A stretch of 33,568 bases of DNA, from the NCBI GenBank assembly GCA_040003695.1, contig JBDUCB010000332.1:1-33568 (forward strand), in the 5' to 3' direction. A program made the position numbers and the translations under genes. Below the pieces are notes generated by a model. That model was not told where the DNA came from, did no database searches, and was given only the letters and a program-made list of their open reading frames with translations. This DNA is from a bacterium (lineage in GTDB: Bacteria; Acidobacteriota; Blastocatellia; Pyrinomonadales; Pyrinomonadaceae). This document shows positions 25,346 to 33,568 of the stretch, piece after piece (the stretch's first letter is position 1; each line of letters opens with the position of its first letter).

Positions 25346-25840
25346 ATGCACGCTTCCGCGATCAATATCATCTTGAGCTTTGCTGGCGCTCTCGTGCTTC
25401 ACGAAATGGGACACTTTCTTGCAGCTCGCGCTTGCTCTGTTCCCATCACCGAAGTGGGATTCGGTTGGGGCCCAAAGCTTTTTGGTTTCCGGGTTAATGG
25501 CGTTGACTATCAACTGCGTCTATTACCGCTCGGCGCCTATGTCCGGATGGACATGTCTGATTTACAGAAGCGTCCGCTGCTGCAACAGTTAATCGTCTTG
25601 CTGGCAGGCATTGCAGTGAATCTCATTCTCGCAGCCATCGCCTTGGGAACTTTCTTTGGTACTCTCAATCTCGTGCTGGCACTCGGTAATCTATTCCCGT
25701 TATACCAACAAGACGGATGGAAAAGCGGCATGGTGATCTTCCGTCGCGCCTTCAAGCGGCCCAGTCCACTCGTAGAATGGTCCTTCACGCTTTCTGCCGG
25801 ATTGGTCGGTTTGCTCCTACTTGTGCGCGCTCTCTTTTAG
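25346..25840 (+). CDS. Minimal site-2 protease (peptidase M50, RseP-like core, no PDZ domain)
   Basis: HEMGHFLAARACSVPITEVGFGWGPKLF...LRLLPLGAYVRM matches the RseP N-terminal HExxH region. NLFPLYQQDG corresponds to the NxxPxxxLDG motif. Only 164 aa with about 4 TM segments. Confidence 0.85.
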   Translation: MHASAINIILSFAGALVLHEMGHFLAARACSVPITEVGFGWGPKLFGFRVNGVDYQLRLLPLGAYVRMDMSDLQKRPLLQQLIVLLAGIAVNLILAAIALGTFFGTLNLVLALGNLFPLYQQDGWKSGMVIFRRAFKRPSPLVEWSFTLSAGLVGLLLLVRALF

Positions 25841-26194
25841 GAGACACTTTCAGCGAATCGATCCTATTCGCAATCGATGTTGTTAGCCACTAGCAAGGTC
25901 TGACCTGATCCCAGCCGCAGGATGATAAAGCTTGGCAAAGTCGCCCTTCACTTCATGAATCATGACGTCGTGAGAATTCATTAGAGACCTAGATGTACTC
26001 CGGTTATGGCCCCTGGTGCCAGCAGGATCTATGGTCAATCGAGAATATTGCTGCCCTGTTAGATTAACGATATAAGCGCAGCTCTCTCTGTCTCTCTCCT
26101 CTCGCCAGATGTAGCAGCGTCCGAACGTAGACGCGCATAGCCCTGCCGTGATAAAAGGCCCTTCGCGTTATTCGATTACGAGCGAGGCCAGCCA

Positions 26195-27460
26195 ATGGCA
26201 AGTGCCAACACTATTCTCTCCCAGAATTACAAATTTCTTGATCACAAAGCTGCATGGCTTGGCCTGTTGGCGATAACCCTTTTAGGTCTCGCGATCGTGA
26301 TTGCACCCGTTTGGATCATTCAACCATTCAAACCGCAGACTGCGCGCGGAGTGGAAGTCTCCTATGGGTTGCGCCGATGGTCACCGCTGGTGACTGTCAT
26401 CGCGGCGTCGGTTGCATTAATTCTCACTCTGTGGCTGTGGCGTAGCTTGCGCGGCTGGTGGCGAAAAGCGGTACTGGTATTAATCCTTGTACCTCTGCTG
26501 GCGTCCACCTGGTTCGCGCGCCAGAGCCAATTTGAGTGGATGTTTAATCCACTCGCCTATGCTACCTACGCAAAGACGAGCGCGGCGCAATTTGTTAATG
26601 ACGGCGACGTTGTTATGGCAGTTGAAAATAACGGCGAAGCCGCAGCTTATCCCGTTCGTCTGATGGCTTACCATCACCTGGTCCAAGACGTGGTTGGAGG
26701 CACGCCCATAGTCGCTACTTATTGAACGCTCTGTCACACCGGTCTGGTGTGGGAAACGACAGTAAACGGACGGCAACTTCACTTTCATCTTGCCGGAATC
26801 AATAACCAGAATTTCATCATGCGTGATGAAGAAACGGGCTCATGGTGGCAGCAGGTCACCGGCGAAGCTATCCAGGGGCCGCTCAAGGGCCAGCGCCTTC
26901 GTCCTGTTTTCCATGATGAGTTGACCTTCGGATTATGGAAGCGCGAGAAACCGGAGGGACGCGTGTTGCGACCCAACGAAGAGATTGCACGAGCAGGGAA
27001 GTATGCGCCGGCCAACTGGGAAGAACGAATGGACAAGGTGCCGGTTACAACGTCGGTTGCACTCGATAAATCTCTTGAACCCCGAACAATCGTAGTCGGT
27101 ATCACTGTTAACGGAATCTCAAAAGCATATCCATTCGACGCATTAGTCAAACAAAGTCTGATAATGGATGCCTTCGCCGGCAGTCCGATCTTAATCGTTA
27201 TCGGGGATGACAAGAAATCAGTTCGCGCCTTCGAAAGAATAGTAGGTGGACGCAAGCTGGAATTCTTTCTTAAACCGAATACCGCATCGCTAACTTTGCT
27301 TGATGCTGAAACAGGCAGCGAATGGGATTTCACTGGTAGGGCTGTCGCAGGCCCTCTCGGAGGGAAACAACTAAAGAAAGTCAGCGTGCTTAACGACTAT
27401 TGGTTCGACTGGACTACTTACCATCCGAACACAATCGTTTATGATCTTGGCCGCCGTTAA
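26195..27460 (+). CDS. Membrane-anchored DUF3179 protein with one in-frame TGA (26723-26725) at the first Cys of the conserved CxxC motif; either a selenoprotein or a pseudogene
   Basis: ORFs 26195-26725 and 26747-27460 share one frame. The junction reads GGTPIVATY*TLCHTGLVWE where the family has VTYCPLCGSG. Downstream, FIMRDEETGSWWQQVTGEAIQGPLKG is also typical of the family. Confidence 0.8.
26731..26762 (+). promoter_or_regulatory. SECIS-like stem-loop directly downstream of the in-frame UGA
   Basis: Upper stem CACACC (26735-26740) pairs with GGUGUG (26746-26751), with apical loop GGUCU. Lower stem CUGU (26731-26734) pairs with ACAG (26759-26762). The structure begins 5 nt after the UGA. 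Confidence 0.3.
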
Positions 27461-27529
27461 TTCGAACTCTCAACCCATCATCGTATGATGGATCTAGCGT
27501 CAGACTCCCAGCGCTCTAAAGGGAGCCTA

Positions 27530-27832
27530 TCAACCGGCCCAATTAAGCGGATACATCATGCGCAGTCGGGGCGGCAACGAAGCACTTTGTTTATGGATGG
27601 GCGAGGGAACGTAAATGTTCTCGAAATAGTCAATCGCCGCCACTCGCAACCCGGTATCGCGGCCAAGGCGTTCGCTGACATACCACTTGTGTTCCAGTAT
27701 GCGCGGCCACACCGCTTCTGCTTCTAACAGCGGCAGATTAAGCCCAGTCAGTCGCTTAATCGTTCGTTGCTCTCGCCAAGCAGTAGTGGCGACCTTTTCG
27801 ATGACGTAATCCAATTTGAATGGTATCGGCAT
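27530..27832 (-). CDS. Hypothetical protein, DUF4032-like
   Basis: WPRILEHKWYVSERLGRDTGLRVAAIDYFENIY resembles the DUF4032 core. It is divergent from the LysR gene. Confidence 0.55.
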   Translation of the reverse strand: MPIPFKLDYVIEKVATTAWREQRTIKRLTGLNLPLLEAEAVWPRILEHKWYVSERLGRDTGLRVAAIDYFENIYVPSPIHKQSASLPPRLRMMYPLNWAG

Positions 27833-27988
27833 AATAACCTCACTAAACTAAATAGGCCTTTACTCCTGACCGACCAAAGGAGTCAAAAGCTTTAGAGTTG
27901 TAATTCTAGCTACGCGCTGTCCTCCCGGCCAACTAATTATTATAATGTGAGTGATTAAAATTATTCATGACAGGAAACAGGGACGGAA

Positions 27989-28897
27989 ATGGAATTGGGT
28001 CAATTGCAAACATTTCGCGTAGTCGCGGAGACGCTTAATTTCACTAAGGCCGCCGAACGCCTTCATCTAACACAGTCTGCGGTGAGCCATCAGATCAAGG
28101 CTCTGGAAAGGGATTTGGGGGAACCCCTCTTTCTCCGATCGAAGCGAGGCGTCAAACTGTCTCAGATGGGCAAACTTGCGCTTGAACATGTAGAGCGCAT
28201 TCTCGATGAAACGCAGACACTGCGTGAGCATCTGTCTGGTCATGATAGTTCGCCCGTTGGCCAAGTGCGCGCAGCCGCGGGAACGCAAGCGTTCGTTCAT
28301 TTATTCGCAGGACTCTTTGAGTTGTTTATGCGCGAGCATCCGGGGGTCGAGCTGTCTTTTCGCACTACGGCGAGCACCGATCAAACGGTGACGGACATCT
28401 TGAACGGCGCCGCGGATGTTGGTTTTGCCTCGATGCCCGTCTATTCACCGGCTTTGAAGGTAACAGAACTATTTGAAGATGAGCTGGTATTAGTTGTGGG
28501 CCATAATCATCGCCTGGCGAAGAAGCATGAAGCTAAAGTTAGAGAAATAGAGGGTGAGCGTCTGATTCTATTTGAAAGAGGAGCTTCGATTCGCCGGGCG
28601 ACTGAGCTATTTTTTGAGCGAGTCAACATAAGTCCGAAACTGGCCCTCGAATCAAACGACACTTTCTTTATTAAGCTCATGGTCCAACACGGTCTGGGAA
28701 TCTCTCTTTTGCCGTCGTGGTCGGTGCGTGACGAAGTAACTGCCGGGACGTTGGCAAAACTGCGGATTGAAGGTCACAAATTGCGCCGGTCGGTAGCCAT
28801 GGTTACGTTAGCTAGTTTTCAACCCTCGCCCAAGCGTGCATTTGTGGCTTTTATCCTCGCTCACCGTAAAGAATTGCAGAATAGCGCGCGGGCATAG
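27989..28897 (+). CDS. LysR family transcriptional regulator
   Basis: The HTH region is MELGQLQTFRVVAETLNFTKAAERLHLTQSAVSHQIKALERDLGEPLFLR. A LysR substrate-binding domain follows. Confidence 0.95.
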   Translation: MELGQLQTFRVVAETLNFTKAAERLHLTQSAVSHQIKALERDLGEPLFLRSKRGVKLSQMGKLALEHVERILDETQTLREHLSGHDSSPVGQVRAAAGTQAFVHLFAGLFELFMREHPGVELSFRTTASTDQTVTDILNGAADVGFASMPVYSPALKVTELFEDELVLVVGHNHRLAKKHEAKVREIEGERLILFERGASIRRATELFFERVNISPKLALESNDTFFIKLMVQHGLGISLLPSWSVRDEVTAGTLAKLRIEGHKLRRSVAMVTLASFQPSPKRAFVAFILAHRKELQNSARA

Positions 28898-29012
28898 ACC
28901 CTAGATTGGCGCGGGAGATAGCAACGCGCACAAGGTAACGGTGGACTGTTCACCAACTCTGCACGGAGCGGACTCCCCTCAGCCTTTTGTGTTATTTGTA
29001 CCCCTGGGACTA

Positions 29013-29903
29013 ATGAAATTCGTAGGGAAAACTATCTGCAGAGCGAGCTGCATCACGCTCGTCAGCGCCTTAATCCTTATCGGGACGGCTGTCGCGCAAC
29101 GGCCACACACACTGACCGGCGACATCCGCGTGCACAAAAATTTTCACTCACAAATTCTAAACAATGATCGCGATGTGCTCGTCTACCTGCCGCCGGGCTA
29201 CGACGTCGCGAAGGCGAAGCGTTATTCCGTTTTTTACCTGCATGACGGGCAGAACCTGTTTGACGGCGCAACGTCTTTTATTCCTGGGCAGGAATGGCGC
29301 GTTGACGAAACAGCACAGAAACTGATCACTGACGGAAAGATCATGCCGCTCATCATCGTTGCCGTTTACAACACGAAAGACCGAATCGACGAGTACACGC
29401 CGGCGGCCGATGCCAGGCATAAGATGGGCGGCAAAGCGGATCTCTACGGCCGCATGTTAGTGGAGGAGTTGAAGCCTTTCATCGATGCTAAATATCGAAC
29501 GAAGAAAGATGCTGGGCACACAGGTGTGGGTGGCTCATCGCTTGGCGGGTTGGTTTCACTCTACCTGGCTTTGAAGTATCCAGGCGTGTTTGGCCGCGCG
29601 GCGGTAGTCTCGCCGTCGGTGTGGTTCGCGAACAAACAGATCGTACGTTACGTTGAGGCTCTGCCGGAAAAGACAAGTGTTCACATCTGGATTGACATCG
29701 GAACAAAGGAGGGCCATTCGGCAGAAGAAGCGCAGCAGACCGTTAACGATGCGAGGCTCTTGAAAGACGTGCTAGTAAAGAAGGGCTGGAAACTTGGAAA
29801 AGATCTCAATTACTTCGAAGCCGCAGGCGCTGAACATAACGAAGGGGCCTGGGCGGCGCGCGTCGAAGTGATCCTGAGATTCCTTTTTCCGCGAAAGATA
29901 TAA
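29013..29903 (+). CDS. Secreted alpha/beta-hydrolase, putative esterase family (esterase D / enterochelin-esterase-like)
   Basis: Signal peptide from ATG 29013. VLVYLPPGYD...YSVFYLHDGQNLF, the nucleophile elbow GGSSLGG, and a C-terminal HNEGAW. The ORF track opens at GTG 28941. Confidence 0.85.
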   Translation: MKFVGKTICRASCITLVSALILIGTAVAQRPHTLTGDIRVHKNFHSQILNNDRDVLVYLPPGYDVAKAKRYSVFYLHDGQNLFDGATSFIPGQEWRVDETAQKLITDGKIMPLIIVAVYNTKDRIDEYTPAADARHKMGGKADLYGRMLVEELKPFIDAKYRTKKDAGHTGVGGSSLGGLVSLYLALKYPGVFGRAAVVSPSVWFANKQIVRYVEALPEKTSVHIWIDIGTKEGHSAEEAQQTVNDARLLKDVLVKKGWKLGKDLNYFEAAGAEHNEGAWAARVEVILRFLFPRKI

Positions 29904-29974
29904 GATAATCGCGGTCGAGAGTTGCACATGCGTTGTCCGTTTCGTTTTGCGAATTTCACCAGGAGGAAATTGTC

Positions 29975-30493
29975 ATGAAAAGCTGGAGAAGATTTACGTT
30001 AACCGGACTCGCCGCGCTGGTTGTTTCATGTTCGCTGGCCTTAGTGGTGAGCGCCCAGGATCGCGCAATTGTGTTGACCGGAACAGACTTGACGCGGGTT
30101 GTACCGCCCGGGTTTTATTTTCAGGGTCTAACAGCGCCCACGCAGATGCGTAACTCGGCGGCCGCCCGTTTCGGCGCCGACCGTTACGTGATCGCGGGCC
30201 TGGTTGATACTTCCGGATACGCTGCCGACGTGCGCGCAAAATATGAAGGGTTTCTAATCACTGATTCGCCTATCATGATTAATGGCTCGGAGCTCGGGAC
30301 GGGCGCCTATGGGTTTGGTTTTACTAATGATGGCAAGCTTAACGTGCTCGATCTCTCGGGTCACGAAATCCTTTCTGTCTCCACAACTAAAGACACGGCG
30401 TTGAAGCGTCCACGCCCATTAATGATGAGTAAATTTGGAAATGACATTCGCCTCTACAACGGAAAAGACTACGCGGTAATCGCAGCGAAGTAA
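29975..30493 (+). CDS. Secreted hypothetical protein
   Basis: AGGAGG at 29961-29966 and ATG at 29975. Signal peptide MKSWRRFTLTGLAALVVSCSLALVVSAQ. Its stop overlaps the next start (TAATG at 30491-30495). Confidence 0.7.
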   Translation: MKSWRRFTLTGLAALVVSCSLALVVSAQDRAIVLTGTDLTRVVPPGFYFQGLTAPTQMRNSAAARFGADRYVIAGLVDTSGYAADVRAKYEGFLITDSPIMINGSELGTGAYGFGFTNDGKLNVLDLSGHEILSVSTTKDTALKRPRPLMMSKFGNDIRLYNGKDYAVIAAK

Positions 30494-32298
30494 TGCGTCT
30501 ATCTTTAATGTGCGTAAATCGTTTCCGCTTATCTTCGCTAGCTCTGCTTTTACTTGTTGCTTTAGATCCGCTCGCGGTTATTTGCCAACAAGCGACGTCC
30601 TCTCCGACCCCGCAGCGTGTGGGTAAATCTTATAGTGTTGAAGCTCCCACGAAGAAGCCGCTTCCCCCGATCCCGCAGGCACAGTCTCCTGTCACGTTCA
30701 CCGACATTACAGGTTCCTCACGTAGTAATTTTAAGCGCGCCCCATCTTTAACTTCCATGAAGTATCTAATCGAAGCGATGGGTGGAGGCGTCGCGATGTT
30801 TGACTATGATAACGACGGTCGGATGGATCTATTTTTCACTAATGGCGCGGCTCTAAAAGATCCGATGCCGAAAGCAGAAATGCCTGACAAGCGGGACGCG
30901 AAATATTGGAATCGTCTCTACCGGCAAAAGGCTGATGGCACGTTTACTGATGTTACTGAAACAAGCGGACTAAAGGGCGCGGGCTACAGTATGGGAGTAG
31001 CGGCTGCCGATTATGACAACGACGGCAATACGGATCTTTACATCACCGGGTACGGCGTTAATTATCTGTATCACAACAACGGCGACGGCACATTTACGGA
31101 CGTAACGAAAAAGGCGGGCGTGGGCTCCAGCGGCTGGTCCACCAGCGCGGCCTGGCTCGATTATGATCGCGATGGACGGCTCGACCTTTTCGTCGGGCGC
31201 TATGTTGAATGGGACTTCGACGCCGGATCTGTGTACTGCGGCGAGATTCGTCAAGGTTACCGCGCCTATTGCCACCCCGATAATTTTAGAGGCGCGACGA
31301 ATGTTCTTTACCACCAGGGCGTCGATGGATCGTTCGAAGATGTAAGCGGCAGAACGGGAATCGAGGAACCTGGCGGCAAGGCGCTAGGCGTGGCGTTGGC
31401 GGACTTTGACAACGACGGATTCACGGACATCTTTGTCGCTAACGACAGCGTGCGCCAGTCGCTTTATCACAACAAGGGTGACGGTACGTTTGAAGACGTT
31501 GCTATTTCGTCAGGCGCCGGCTATGACGAAAACGGAAAAACTTTTGCGGGAATGGGAATCGATGCAGCCGATTATGACAACGACGGCTACATGGACATCT
31601 TCATCACTACCTTGTCAAACGAAACCTACCCGCTTTATCACAACGATCGCGACCTCAGCTTTACATATACAACCAACTCGGCGGGCGTCGGTCAGATAAC
31701 ACTCCTTTATTCCGGGTGGGGTGCACACTTTATCGACGCCGACAACGACGGCCTGCGCGATCTCTTTGTATCGCAGAGCCACGTGCTTGATACGATTGAG
31801 AAGACGAACCCTTACCTGAAATACAAACAGTCGCCGTTATTGATGATCAATACCGGAAAGGGATTTACGAATGTTTCGGCCACCGCGGGACCTGTCTTTA
31901 ATACTTCACTGATCGGGCGTGGCGCTGCGTTTGGCGACTTGAATAACGATGGGCAGATTGATGTTGTGATCGCAGCGCTTGATGGTTCTCCCGTTTTACT
32001 AAGAAACAATGGCACAAAGAACCATTGGCTGGGCTTGTTCCTGGTCGGATCAAAATCGAATCGCAACGGAATCGGCGCTCGCATAATTGTTACCGACAAC
32101 GCGGGCAAGAAACAGATTTTCGATGCAAATACTGCGGGAAGCTATTTGGCTTCGAATGATCCCAGGATCATCGTCGGTCTGGGCCCGAGCGCGACTGTGC
32201 GGACGGTTGAAGTGAAATGGCCCAGTGGAACAATGCAAGTGATTACTGAGCCGCAGATTGACCGATATCTAGTTGTCAATGAGCAGAACGCGCGGTAA
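30493..32298 (+). CDS. CRTAC1 family protein (FG-GAP/VCBS repeats plus ASPIC/UnbV C-terminal domain)
   Basis: Repeated FDYDNDGRMDLFFTNG / DYDNDGNTDLYITG / DYDRDGRLDLFVG / DFDNDGFTDIFVAN motifs. C-terminus is NRNGIGARIIVT...GSYLASNDPRIIVGLG...VEVKWPSG. Confidence 0.9.
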   Translation: MRLSLMCVNRFRLSSLALLLLVALDPLAVICQQATSSPTPQRVGKSYSVEAPTKKPLPPIPQAQSPVTFTDITGSSRSNFKRAPSLTSMKYLIEAMGGGVAMFDYDNDGRMDLFFTNGAALKDPMPKAEMPDKRDAKYWNRLYRQKADGTFTDVTETSGLKGAGYSMGVAAADYDNDGNTDLYITGYGVNYLYHNNGDGTFTDVTKKAGVGSSGWSTSAAWLDYDRDGRLDLFVGRYVEWDFDAGSVYCGEIRQGYRAYCHPDNFRGATNVLYHQGVDGSFEDVSGRTGIEEPGGKALGVALADFDNDGFTDIFVANDSVRQSLYHNKGDGTFEDVAISSGAGYDENGKTFAGMGIDAADYDNDGYMDIFITTLSNETYPLYHNDRDLSFTYTTNSAGVGQITLLYSGWGAHFIDADNDGLRDLFVSQSHVLDTIEKTNPYLKYKQSPLLMINTGKGFTNVSATAGPVFNTSLIGRGAAFGDLNNDGQIDVVIAALDGSPVLLRNNGTKNHWLGLFLVGSKSNRNGIGARIIVTDNAGKKQIFDANTAGSYLASNDPRIIVGLGPSATVRTVEVKWPSGTMQVITEPQIDRYLVVNEQNAR

Positions 32299-32517
32299 TC
32301 ACACGTTCTAGTTTTCTAGCTGCACGAGCAAGGTGGATTAAGAGTGGGATTGCTGTGTAGGTTGTTTGCTCTGCCGAGAAGACGTGAGACGTTGAAGCTG
32401 TAAGATGGCCGGGTGTTTTCGGGCGAGTTTTCTAATGGCTATGATTTCAAGTTCTCGTTAGCATGACAAGCCGGTCTTTCCAATCAACCGAACTAGGTCT
32501 GAGAATGTCTGGTGAAA

Positions 32518-33568
32518 ATGTTCCTTAAAGAGTATCGACGTGTGAGGCCGCTTAGCTTGATTTTTTCGCTCGCCTGGCTGACCGGGTGCGCTCTTGTTCT
32601 AGGTCAAACTCCTCAGAAGAAGCCCGAGCCACAAGGTGGCGTTTCAACCGGAACTCCGGTGAACTACTCATCCCGCCGCACTGTCGCTGTGACGGATCCA
32701 ACTGCACCCGTCGTGTTTGAAGACGTGACTGATAAAACGGCGATGGCAAACTTCAAACATCGTTCCGGTAGTCCCGAAAAGAACTACATTTTTGAAACAA
32801 CTTCGGGAGGAGTCGCGATTTTTGACTATGATGGGGATGGCCTGCCAGACATCTATTTGATCAATGGGTCCACGATTGCGGCCCTGGAGGGAAAGGAAAA
32901 GCCGCCGCGTGCAGCGCTCTATCGCAACCGCGGCAATTGGAAGTTCGAAGATGTAACTGACAAAGCAGGCGTCGGAAACGATCGTTGGGGAATCGGTGTC
33001 GCGGTAGGCGACTACGACAACGATGGCCGGCCCGATATGTATGTCACTAATTTCGGAGTGTCACGTCTTTACCACAACAACGGCAACGGAACATTTACCG
33101 ACCTTGCGGAGAAGCTTGGTGTCGCTCGCAAGGGATGGAGCACCGGCCCCAGTTTTGGTGACTATGATGGCGACGGCCGCCTAGATCTTTTTGTTCCCGG
33201 CTACGCGGAGATCGATATCAACAATTTGCCTCCCAGCCCTCGCGAGGCAATGAAAGCAGGCGGTGTGGGCCAAAATTTTTGCCAGTTTCGTGGCGTGCCC
33301 GTCATGTGCGGCCCGCGCGGTCTTCCGGGAGAAACCGACACGCTCTATCATCAAAAGTCCGATGGCAGCTTTGAAGATGCCAGTGTGAAGGCGGGCGTCA
33401 ATGATCCGCAAAAGTATTACGGCTTTACTTCGGCCTTCGTCCATGCCGACGACGATAAACTCCTCGACTTAATCGTTGTAAACGATTCCACGCCGAAGCA
33501 ACTCTACATTAATAAGGGAGACGGGACGTTTGAAGAGGTCGGCTATCCCTCGGGTGTAGCGCTAAATG
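32518..33568 (+). CDS. Second CRTAC1 family lipoprotein (5' partial; runs off the window)
   Basis: The frame is open from ATG 32518 to the window end. It has a lipobox LTGC, then FDYDGDGLPDIYLING, DYDNDGRPDMYVTN, DYDGDGRLDLFVPG and FCQFRGVPVMCGPRGL. Confidence 0.85.
   Translation, partial: MFLKEYRRVRPLSLIFSLAWLTGCALVLGQTPQKKPEPQGGVSTGTPVNYSSRRTVAVTDPTAPVVFEDVTDKTAMANFKHRSGSPEKNYIFETTSGGVAIFDYDGDGLPDIYLINGSTIAALEGKEKPPRAALYRNRGNWKFEDVTDKAGVGNDRWGIGVAVGDYDNDGRPDMYVTNFGVSRLYHNNGNGTFTDLAEKLGVARKGWSTGPSFGDYDGDGRLDLFVPGYAEIDINNLPPSPREAMKAGGVGQNFCQFRGVPVMCGPRGLPGETDTLYHQKSDGSFEDASVKAGVNDPQKYYGFTSAFVHADDDKLLDLIVVNDSTPKQLYINKGDGTFEEVGYPSGVALN

Overview
This 33.6 kb window looks like bacterial chromosome at about 50% GC. 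I found no rRNA, tRNA, CRISPR array, transposase or integrase. The gene content suggests Acidobacteriota: paired CRTAC1/ASPIC-UnbV FG-GAP proteins, a kinase with TPR repeats, TonB_C/TPR proteins and an FHA-ABC fusion. That assignment is inference only.

The left end is housekeeping or regulatory. It holds an Rrf2 regulator with a palindrome over its -10 box, rpoD, trxA, and a GGDEF cyclase with a pseudo-receiver domain.

A decay and acquisition zone follows. It has a 5'-truncated APS kinase (cysC) remnant. Next to it is a ~2 kb island of 70-78% GC carrying a CPBP-like protein with EE->QQ substitutions, an internally duplicated protein and the tail of a GT2 glycosyltransferase with a nonsense codon.

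The centre (8.3-24.1 kb) is a signalling and envelope neighbourhood:
- a DUF4388-TM-TonB_C protein
- a TonB_C-TPR protein
- a triple-FHA ABCG-type transporter
- a LolA-like secreted protein
- a 1311-aa protein with a signal peptide, 14 WD40 repeats and a caspase (C14) domain, carrying a Met-rich MPNM repeat
- a convergent Ser/Thr kinase with TPR repeats

The right side holds a three-gene cassette (zinc-ribbon protein, small TM protein, mini site-2 protease). It also has a DUF3179 gene whose only interruption is a TGA at the first Cys of its conserved CxxC motif, followed by a SECIS-like hairpin. This is either a selenocysteine candidate or a pseudogene. After that come a LysR regulator, an esterase and two CRTAC1 paralogs.

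The best candidates for something undescribed are the exported WD40-caspase with its FHA-ABC/kinase neighbourhood, the UxxC DUF3179, and the mini-S2P cassette. All functional calls come from reading motifs by eye. No searches were run.
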